Assembly (NCBI GenBank): GCA_012862495.1
Contig: BLSG01000105.1
Coordinates: 113,826 to 177,825 of the forward strand
Length of the DNA: 64,000 nt
From: Thraustochytrium aureum
Lineage: Eukaryota
Direction of reading: 5' to 3'
Positions 24,243-33,395 of the stretch are shown piece after piece (position 1 is the stretch's first letter; the number at the start of each line of letters is the position of its first letter). Under the pieces are notes generated by a model. That model had not been told where the DNA came from. It saw only the letters and a list, made by a program, of their open reading frames with translations, and ran no database searches. The position numbers and the translations under genes were made by a program.

Positions 24243-26225
24243 TCAGCACGACAGCAGAGTGTTGAGGAGCTCGGTGCGCTCCTGCTCGGGCAGGTCGCTA
24301 AAGTTGTGCACGTGGGTCTTGAGGCGGCGCAGCGCGGTTATCTTCGAGTCGGGCTTGGCGATCTTCTCGAGCTCGACGACGACGTAGAGAGAGGCAATCT
24401 CCCACTCGGCGTCCGAGATGGTCCCCTCGTGGTTGAGCACGTTCATGCGGCGAAAGAGCGCCCCCGGCGTGTCGTGCGCCATGTGGCGACTCGCCGCGTT
24501 CGGGAGCCGCTCATAGCGCACGAGCGAGAAACTGTGCGCCGCAGCGAGCTTGACAAGGAGGTGCGGCGGCACGAGCCACTCGGGCGCGGCGACCGCCTGC
24601 TGCGAGTCGTCGTCCCCGTCTCGCAAAGTAAACTCGTAGCGGATGCCAACCATGTCGTCCTGCGTGCTGGGCGGCCCGCCCGCGTTGGCGAACGAGCGAA
24701 ACGCGCGGTCGCGAAACCCAGGGTCGAACTCGACCCTGCAGGTCTCGGTGCCGAAATCGTCGACAATAGAAAACCCCGACGCGCCGGGCCCAGCAGCCAT
24801 GAGGCGCCGCAGCATCTCGTCCGCGTGCACCGTGGTCGCAATAAAGCGCGCCCCGGGCTCCATGTGCCGCGAGAGGGTCTTGAAAAAGTGAGAGGCGCGC
24901 TGGCGCGTCTGGAACATGTAGTGCAGCGCAAACTGCATCGAGACCACCGAGAAGCGGAGGTGGAGCGGGAGCGTCTCGCTCGGCGGCTTGCGCTGCCAGG
25001 TTGGCGCGCTGCTCTCCCACTGCTCGAGGGCGCGCATGTCGTTCTCGTCCCCGGGCTCGGCGCTCACATGGTTGCTGCCGAGGTCGGCCTCGATAAACTT
25101 GACGTGCATCGGCTTTTGGCGCATCGACTCGAGGCGGTCCACGGCGTCCTCGAGCGAGCGCCGCGCGATATCCAGGCCCACGTACTGCCGGATCGGCAAG
25201 CCTTCGCACGAGCGCATAAACTTTTGCATGTCAGCCCCCTTGCCGCAGGCCAGGTCGAGGATGGTGATTCCCGTCTGCTCGTTCAGGCCGAGGTTGGAGC
25301 GCACGCGGTCGATGCACTCCTTCAAAACGACGCTCTTGACGAAGTTGTTGAGGCACCTCATGTGGTAGATCAGGCTCTGCGCCCGCGAAGCCTGTGAAGA
25401 CCGGTTGAGTTTGTTGTAGAAATCCGCCGCGCCAGCCTGATCCGCGTTGCTGTTGGCGCCGTCGCCTGCCCCTGTCCCCGCATCCCCGGCGGGGCGATCC
25501 GGCGCAGTCTGCGGCGCGCTGGCGCCGATGCCGCTGTCGCTGCTTGCCGCGATTCGGCGAAGCTCGCGCACGAGCCGCTCGGCGCGTTCCTTGTCCAGCT
25601 CCCGCGCGGCGGTCCACCAGGGCTGTGGCGGGTCCTCCGCGACGTTGAGGACGGGCAGCCGAAACCCGTAGATGCGGCTTGCGACGTCCTGCAGGAAAGC
25701 GTCCGCGTGGTGCACGGCCCGGAGGTTGGCGGCGAGCCGCTCGGGCGACGCGGTGCGACAGCCCTTGGACGAGATGAGCTTCTCGAGCTCAACTTCGTAA
25801 ACCGGGGTCTCGTGCATGATCGTGTTCAGGTTGGTCGACTGCTGCGTCTCGGTCATGTCGAGGCGTTGGTCGCGGCGCAGCTCGAACGACCACCGGCGCT
25901 TGCGGCGGAACATTTTGATCGGCAGGTCTGCCGCAGCGGCGCTGCTCCCGGCGGCGCCGTTGGTCTTGGCGCCGCGGCGCCCGCGGCCTCCGTACCCATG
26001 GCCGTTGCGGCCGTCGTTGTCATTGTCATTGTTGTCGTAGTCGTTGTCGTTGTTGTCGTCGTCGTCGTCGTCATTGCCAGGCTCGCCGCTGGGCCCTGCG
26101 CCGTCCTCGTCCACGTTGGCGAAGCGACCGTGCCCGCAGAGGATCTCGTCGCGCCGGACCTCGATAACCAGCTGACACGCGTACGCCGCATAGGGGCCCT
26201 CCGGGAGACGCAAGACGCCTGGCAT
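24243..26225 (-). CDS. mRNA cap guanine-N7 methyltransferase with N-terminal CYTH/TTM (Cet1-like) motifs; 5' part in gap
   Basis: Methyltransferase motifs MRCLNNFVKS, ILDLACGKGADMQKF, GLDIA, MQFALHYMF, FIATT, YEFTL and PEWLV. Upstream in the same uninterrupted frame: RRKRRWSF, RLDMTE, YEVELE. Confidence 0.88.
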   Translation of the reverse strand: MPGVLRLPEGPYAAYACQLVIEVRRDEILCGHGRFANVDEDGAGPSGEPGNDDDDDDNNDNDYDNNDNDNDGRNGHGYGGRGRRGAKTNGAAGSSAAAADLPIKMFRRKRRWSFELRRDQRLDMTETQQSTNLNTIMHETPVYEVELEKLISSKGCRTASPERLAANLRAVHHADAFLQDVASRIYGFRLPVLNVAEDPPQPWWTAARELDKERAERLVRELRRIAASSDSGIGASAPQTAPDRPAGDAGTGAGDGANSNADQAGAADFYNKLNRSSQASRAQSLIYHMRCLNNFVKSVVLKECIDRVRSNLGLNEQTGITILDLACGKGADMQKFMRSCEGLPIRQYVGLDIARRSLEDAVDRLESMRQKPMHVKFIEADLGSNHVSAEPGDENDMRALEQWESSAPTWQRKPPSETLPLHLRFSVVSMQFALHYMFQTRQRASHFFKTLSRHMEPGARFIATTVHADEMLRRLMAAGPGASGFSIVDDFGTETCRVEFDPGFRDRAFRSFANAGGPPSTQDDMVGIRYEFTLRDGDDDSQQAVAAPEWLVPPHLLVKLAAAHSFSLVRYERLPNAASRHMAHDTPGALFRRMNVLNHEGTISDAEWEIASLYVVVELEKIAKPDSKITALRRLKTHVHNFSDLPEQERTELLNTLLSC

Positions 26226-27416
26226 NNNNNNNNNNNNNNNNNNNNNNNNNNNNNNNNNNNNNNNNNNNNNNNNNNNNNNNNNNNNNNNNNNNNNNNNNNN
26301 NNNNNNNNNNNNNNNNNNNNNNNNNNNNNNNNNNNNNNNNNNNNNNNNNNNNNNNNNNNNNNNNNNNNNNNNNNNNNNNNNNNNNNNNNNNNNNNNNNNN
26401 NNNNNNNNNNNNNNNNNNNNNNNNNNNNNNNNNNNNNNNNNNNNNNNNNNNNNNNNNNNNNNNNNNNNNNNNNNNNNNNNNNNNNNNNNNNNNNNNNNNN
26501 NNNNNNNNNNNNNNNNNNNNNNNNNNNNNNNNNNNNNNNNNNNNNNNNNNNNNNNNNNNNNNNNNNNNNNNNNNNNNNNNNNNNNNNNNNNNNNNNNNNN
26601 NNNNNNNNNNNNNNNNNNNNNNNNNNNNNNNNNNNNNNNNNNNNNNNNNNNNNNNNNNNNNNNNNNNNNNNNNNNNNNNNNNNNNNNNNNNNNNNNNNNN
26701 NNNNNNNNNNNNNNNNNNNNNNNNNNNNNNNNNNNNNNNNNNNNNNNNNNNNNNNNNNNNNNNNNNNNNNNNNNNNNNNNNNNNNNNNNNNNNNNNNNNN
26801 NNNNNNNNNNNNNNNNNNNNNNNNNNNNNNNNNNNNNNNGCTCGGCCCGCGAGTCTGTGTCTCCACACCCCACGTGGCGAGCAGAGGCTCGCTCAATCGA
26901 CCGATGTTGGTGCTCGTGCGGCGCGCGAAGGCTTGGGGCGCCCCGAGCTGGCGCGCGCGCGGGAGCTGGCGCGCTGCTTTCGGCAGCGGGGCGCGTGGCC
27001 GCTCGATGGGGACCGCGCGGGCAAGGAGGGGGGAGGATCGAAGTTGTCGCTTGCGAGACGAGCTCGATGGGGCGAGGGTGGATGTCGAAGCCGCCGCGCT
27101 TGGGCTGCTCTTGCTGTTGCTGCTGCTGCTGCTGCTGCTGTTGTTGCTGTTTGTTGGCTCTACTAGCTAGCTGGAGGTATTACACATTCTCGCGCTTGGA
27201 TCGTCATCGTTGCAGGAAGGCCGGCCCGCTCGAGGCCCCTCGCCGGCGAGGGCGGGCTGGCCAAGCGCCCCTGCGTCAAGCCGGCAAGCATCCACTCGCG
27301 CACGCTCGCACAACTAGGACGGAAAGGCCGAGCAGACCTTGCGTCAAGCAGGCTGGCCTTGAGGGTGCGCGGGCGGAGCTGGGCAAATGCAGTTCCGGTG
27401 GGCGAAGCGTCCTTGC

Positions 27417-28075
27417 TTACCCCGATCGGAAGTCGGTGTGATGGAACTCGAGGTCCACGCCAGAAACCTTGGCGAGCAGGTAGAGGCGCAAGAACAGCTC
27501 GCTCCGCGTGCGGGGCTTGCTGTTCTTGAACCGGTTGCACTCGTCCACCATTTCCTCCAACGTGCGCCGGTAGAGCACGCCGATCCACTGGCGCACGTCA
27601 GCAAAGGAGGGCGGCTCGAAGCCCGGCTCGGAGCGCAGGTGCTGACGCCAGATCATCAGCTTGACCAAGTTGTCGTCGTCGAGCTCCGCCACGAGGCCAC
27701 GTTGCATGAGCGTGGTCCAGGCGTTCTCGATGCTGCTGCCGTCCGAGTGCTTGAACTGCAGCTTGCTCTTCTCCGGCAGGGAGACCTGGCGCGCAAACTC
27801 CTGCGTGCGCCGCAGGTCCACGTACAGCTGGTCAAAGTCGCTCTTGGTGAGCGCCCGCCCGGCGTCCACCATGTCGACCATGTGCGTGCGGACGTCTTTG
27901 TACGTGTGGACGTCCGGGATCGAGGCAAAGGTCGACCCGCGCCCAAGCCCCTGCACGGCGGGCGGGGCGCGCTCTGCTGCAGCATCGCAGCAGCCGCGGC
28001 GGCGGCGCTTACCGCGCGTGCGGTCGAGCTATTTGACGCGCTGCTGCGCGAGCCGGGGAACATTTGGGTGAACAT
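27417..28075 (-). CDS. Hypothetical protein; putative intron 27951-28012
   Basis: ATG at 28075. A phase-0 GTAAGC...GTGCAG intron joins in frame to the 179-aa ORF, which has GC3-rich codon usage. Confidence 0.6.
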
Positions 28076-29475
28076 GGCTGCCGCCCGCTCGCCTTGCGAC
28101 GACGCCCGGCTCACTGCTCGCGCCCCTGTCCCGCCTTGCTGCCTTGCTGCCTGCCTGCCTGCCTGCCTCCTGGTGCTGGTGGTGGTGCTGCTGCTGCTGC
28201 TTTGCCGCTGTTGCGCTTGCTCACTGGATCGATTGCTTGATGTCCACGTGACAGAATGGCAGAGTTGAGTCGGAGAAACCTGGCCCACTGGATGCCGAAG
28301 GTGTGAACGGAGTTCTGAATTTGAAGCATGTGCAAACGAACTCGAACTCGCAGCGCTGGCAGGNNNNNNNNNNNNNNNNNNNNNNNNNNNNNNNNNNNNN
28401 NNNNNNNNNNNNNNNNNNNNNNNNNNNNNNNNNNNNNNNNNNNNNNNNNNNNNNNNNNNNNNNNNNNNNNNNNNNNNNNNNNNNNNNNNNNNNNNNNNNN
28501 NNNNNNNNNNNNNNNNNNNNNNNNNNNNNNNNNNNNNNNNNNNNNNNNNNNNNNNNNNNNNNNNNNNNNNNNNNNNNNNNNNNNNNNNNNNNNNNNNNNN
28601 NNNNNNNNNNNNNNNNNNNNNNNNNNNNNNNNNNNNNNNNNNNNNNNNNNNNNNNNNNNNNNNNNNNNNNNNNNNNNNNNNNNNNNNNNNNNNNNNNNNN
28701 NNNNNNNNNNNNNNNNNNNNNNNNNNNNNNNNNNNNNNNNNNNNNNNNNNNNNNNNNNNNNNNNNNNNNNNNNNNNNNNNNNNNNNNNNNNNNNNNNNNN
28801 NNNNNNNNNNNNNNNNNNNNNNNNNNNNNNNNNNNNNNNNNNNNNNNNNNNNNNNNNNNNNNNNNNNNNNNNNNNNNNNNNNNNNNNNNNNNNNNNNNNN
28901 NNNNNNNNNNNNNNNNNNNNNNNNNNNNNNNNNNNNNNNNNNNNNNNNNNNNNNNNNNNNNNNNNNNNNNNNNNNNNNNNNNNNNNNNNNNNNNNNNNNN
29001 NNNNNNTGCGAAGATTGTGCTCCCAGTCTGGCGCAAGCGCACAGGGAAACACAAACACTCGCGAAGATCGATTCGGTAGCATGCGGACGCAATGCGTCCA
29101 TGGCTCCGTCCTTGACGGCCAGCGGCCGCCGGACCAGCCACTGACCCCGCAGTGGCCCAGCCACCGGCAGTCGCCGCGCTTTGGCTGCGCAGCAGGCAGG
29201 CAGGCTTCGTGGCTCCAGAGTGAGCCCGTGCCGGCCGGATCTCGTCGTGCGGATGGTCAACTGGTTGGTTGGCGGGTGCTGCTGCAGGCCGTTCCAAGAT
29301 ACGCCTCGGCCGGTGGATGGCTGGCCACGGCGGCAGCACAAAATTGCAACACTGCGCGCCGCGGGTGGCCCGCGACTCGCTCGCAACCGCGAGGAGGCAA
29401 CGAACTTCTCACGCCAATGCGCGGCAGAAAACCCGGTCCACACCATTGCTCCGACGATAAGGCCAAGCGCCACTC

Positions 29476-29517
29476 GCCCACCGCGGAAAACCGGGCCGAG
29501 TGACGTGCGCCATTTAA
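29476..29517 (+). promoter_or_regulatory. Putative type-3 Pol III (snRNA-like) promoter: USE-like element plus TATA-like box
   Basis: gcccaccgcg (29476-29485) resembles the plant USE TCCCACATCG. tttaa (29513-29517) lies about 27 nt downstream and about 25 nt before the predicted 5' stem. Confidence 0.4.
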
Positions 29518-29540
29518 GGCGTTACGCGCCCGGCGACGTT

Positions 29541-30098
29541 ACGCTCGCGGCGCTACCAAACCGCCGAGAAAAGGTGCGGTTGTTCTGCGGAGTGCACAGG
29601 GAGGCGGGCCGGTGACTGAGAGGAGGAAGGAGCAGGGAGTGAGCCCTTCTCCCTCACACACGAGCTGGCCTCCCTCTCTCGATCTTGAGAGGCGGATTGT
29701 GCAACTGCAGAGCTGCCTCACGGAACAATAGAATCTCTCTCAAAATGGACCTGCCGGTGAGAGGGCTCGCGCGAACACCCCCCGTCCTCACATACCGGTG
29801 GTAGGTGGGGACAGATTGTGGTCCGTCCGTGAGGGAGGAGGGAGGGAGGTAGGAGGTACTCTCCCTCTGTGCGAGCCAGCGGTTCGCCCTCCCTCACTGG
29901 CGCACTGTGCAGCGGCAGTCCCTTCTTGCTCTGCCGCCTTCGCTCTTCGCACGGTTGCGGCACGTGTCCTCTGTGGTAGTTTTGTGTTCCTCGCGCTCCC
30001 CTCCCAACCCCTCATATGGCGGGGCTCCGAAGTGGTTCGCAAATTCGTTCACAATCCGCCTCTCTGCGTGTGGGCGAGCGTCATTTTCCACCCTTTTT
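29541..30098 (+). ncRNA. Putative ~545-nt highly structured non-coding RNA of unknown family
   Basis: Nested complementary helices: 29541-48/30074-81 (8 bp), 29598-605/29668-75 (8 bp), 29687-701/30050-64 (15 bp perfect), 29829-38/29888-97 (10 bp), 29901-10/29949-59 and 29912-18/29931-37. G-U pairs favour the + strand. T-runs at 30084-87 and 30094-98. No credible ORF. Confidence 0.6.
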
Positions 30099-30858
30099 CA
30101 GTCGGTCAGCAGGGCGCGAAGAAAAAAAAAAGATTAAAAAAATGACAAAGGCAACAAGCAAACAAACACGTTGAATTGAATTCTTTAGAAAAAAGCCAGA
30201 TCGGAAAGAATCAGTTCAGAATGCGGAAGCCTGCACCCGCAGAGGAGGCGGTCGTTTGTGCGTCCTCTGCGCTCGCAGGAGCGCATGCAAACTGGACATC
30301 GAAAATCCACCGACAAAAGCAAGGCCCTCCCTCCCGTCGCGTCCTGCAGAAGGAAACGAAATGGACTGGTCCCTGGCGTCCTCACATCGGCATGTAAGGC
30401 GGCGCTGAGGATGAGAGGAGGGCCATGTCACTTTTTTTTTCTCTTTCTTTGTTTCTTTGTTTCTTAGGGGCTTTGGTTCATTCGTGGGCCGATGATGGAC
30501 TGGCAGACTCGGAGTAATCAATCCATTCATCCATCCAAGCGCCCACCAAACAACGAACGCGCTCGAAACAAACCAACAAACAACGAACGAACGCGCGAGC
30601 GAGCGAGCGAGCGAGCGGGCGGGCGGGCGGGCCATCGAGCGAGTCGTCGAGCGAGTCGTCGAGCGGGTCGTCGAGCGGGCCATCGAGCGGGCTGCGGCTT
30701 TGCAGGCGAACGCGCAAGTGGGCTAGCTACGCCTGCGGCCGGTTGGGAGGCTTTGTTTGGTTTTTTGTCGTGCAAGGGCCGAGGCGGAGGCGACGGCGCG
30801 CGAGGTCGGAAGTGCCGAAGGCGGAGGGATCGCGAGCAGAGAAGGCCTGGTGAGCGCC

Positions 30859-32428
30859 ATGTTGCAAACGTATGACTTGCCGCCGCTGGACGAGCTCTCG
30901 TTGAGCTCGCCCTCGCCGCTGCAGCAGCGACTCAAGTTCGAACAGCAGCAGGCACGGTACCAGAGCGAGTTCGCGGCGGCCATGAACCGCGTGCATCCGT
31001 CGCACCACCAGCTCCAGCAGCAGCAGCAGCCGCCGCAAGCGCCAAACATCCATGCAGTATTCCGCGTCCAGCAAGAGCAGCAGCAGCAGCAGCAACAACA
31101 ACAAGCAAACCTCGAGCAGCACAACTTGNNNNNNNNNNNNNNNNNNNNNNNNNNNNNNNNNNNNNNNNNNNNNNNNNNNNNNNNNNNNNNNNNNNNNNNN
31201 NNNNNNNNNNNNNNNNNNNNNNNNNNNNNNNNNNNNNNNNNNNNNNNNNNNNNNNNNNNNNNNNNNNNNNNNNNNNNNNNNNNNNNNNNNNNNNNNNNNN
31301 NNNNNNNNNNNNNNNNNNNNNNNNNNNNNNNNNNNNNNNNNNNNNNNNNNNNNNNNNNNNNNNNNNNNNCAGCAGCAGCAACAACAACAAGCAAACCTCG
31401 AGCAGCACAACTTGCAGCTTTTGCTAGCAGCAATCCAGCAGCAGCAGCAGCAGCTCCAACAGCAGCAGTTTCAGCAGCAGCAGCAACAACAACAAACTCA
31501 GGACCAGCAACAGCAAACCCAGCAACAACTCAACTCGGGCTACAACATGTACCTCCTCAACGCCAACTTGATGCGCCACTCGTCAGGGCTGAGCTCGTCA
31601 AGCCTCTCGGGCATCGGAAACGGTGCCAACCCCGGGTTTGGCCAGCACGGCGCCTTCCCAGGAAGCCAAACGTCGCCCTTTGACACCAGCAGCAAGGACG
31701 AGGAAACCAAAAAGCTCATTGCGTGCTTCAACAGTGGACTCTCCGAGATGTCCGAGCCCACGATCGAGCTCCTGCGCACCCTGACTGGCGGCCAGCAGCA
31801 ACACGGCAACCTGCAGCACTTCAGCTCGATCGGCTCGATCGGCTCGGTGACCAGCAGCATGGTCGGCCTGCGCAGCCCCCAGCTCAGCGGGAACGGCAAC
31901 CCCAACAAGCGCAAGTTCCTAGACACAAGCAGGCTTTCGGGGCTGTCGCCGGCCTCGATTTTCAGCGACGAGAAGAAACAGCGGACCCAGGGGGCCAACT
32001 TTGTGAACGTGTTGCAGCGGCCTGTGATGGAGTCGTCCATGGAGGACATTATTGGAGCCATCAAGTCTGCGGACGCGGGCCTCCCGCTGCCCGTGGGCGT
32101 CTCCAAGAATGTCAGCTCGCTCGTGAGCGTGGTGCGTGACAAGGAGCGCCGCCCAGACCGCTTCCACAAGAAAAAGTCCTCCGAGATCTTCAAAAACCCG
32201 CTCAAGTCGCTGACCAAGAAAAAGTTTACCTCGTCAGGGCAGGCCAACTCGAGCGGCCAGGGCTGCACGATCGTCGTGGTCAACCGCAAGTGCCAAAAGC
32301 ACGCGCGGGGGTGCACGGGTATCGGGCACCACGACGCGTCCGACATCGTCGTCACCAAGGAGCCCGTCACGCGCTCCAACTTTGGCAAGTGGGTCAACAG
32401 TTTTCTCAAGTCGGCGGGTATCGCATAG
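30859..32428 (+). CDS. Polyglutamine-rich hypothetical protein with basic, Cys/His-containing C-terminal domain
   Basis: ATG at 30859. CAG/CAA tracts on both sides of gap 31129-31369, continuing in ORF 31052-32428. NLS-like NKRK and KKKK segments. Confidence 0.7.
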
Positions 32429-33395
32429 TTGCACTCGCTTTAGGCGCCCGGTCCGCGCCGCGTCGACCTTGGCGTGCGAGTGCAACCAACGCGCAGCACC
32501 GTTTTCTCTAGCTGATCGCCCAGCCAGCCTGACCTGTTTCCATGACCTCCCTCTTTTTTAAAATTAACCCTTCAAATCGTGCAACCGCCAACTTGCGCCC
32601 GCTGCAAAGCCCGAGCTAGCGCTCGCTCGAAGACGATGCAGCCAGCAGCCTGCGGCCTGCACGACAAACGAGGCGCTTGCCGGCCTCTCACGCAGACCTC
32701 CTGCTCAATCAAGCGCGTGAGCTTCTTTTGGGCGAGGCTGTTGCGCTGTGTAGTAGTCATTTGTGCTCGGCTCGAGCAGTGTGCTCTAGAGCTAGCTACT
32801 AGAGAGTGCAGCGTGTCCGTGGCTTTCGTCTCGCTCTACATACACGCGGAATTGCCGCCAGTTTCGCTCCTGCGCGGGTCGATAGAGTGAGAGCGAGACG
32901 AGACGAAACGGCCAAGGGAAGCTCGCCGACCTGGCCGGGCCATTCAGAGGGTCGCCGCCAGCCCTGTGGGGTTTAGCGGCGCTACAATGGAATCTATCTG
33001 CGCTGGTGCCTGAGAGTCGTTCAACAGCAACGGTACTCTTCCTCGCTCCTAGCTACTCTAGTGGTCTACTACAAGCACGGAAATGGCCAAACGGACACCT
33101 GCTACGTCTCGCACAGACCTTGCTTGGCGCGAGCAGCAGAACACGTCCAGACGCGAAGCAGACGCAGGAGAGGCGGGTGGCGGCGGCCGCAGCGTCCAGA
33201 AAGCTTGACAAGCCGCTGGACAGTCGGGCTCCCTGAGCAACACGCGTGGCCGAGCGGGCTGGACGAGTCGACGAGGGCGAGAGCCTGACGGACGAGACCG
33301 GCCGCTCAGAAGGGGCGGGGGGGCGGCGGCGCAACGCACAGCGCGGCGTGAACAGTACAGTAGCTGCCGCTGCGGCTGGCGATCCAATTGCCGAG

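Noticed and set aside
29541..30098. Assignment of the structured RNA as RNase MRP/P, SRP, U3 or spliceosomal snRNA
   Set aside because: No GARAGUCCCC/CR-V pair in position, no SRP helix-8 GNRA stem, no C/D boxes and no ACUUACCUG or ACAGAGA motif found by eye, so it is left unassigned.
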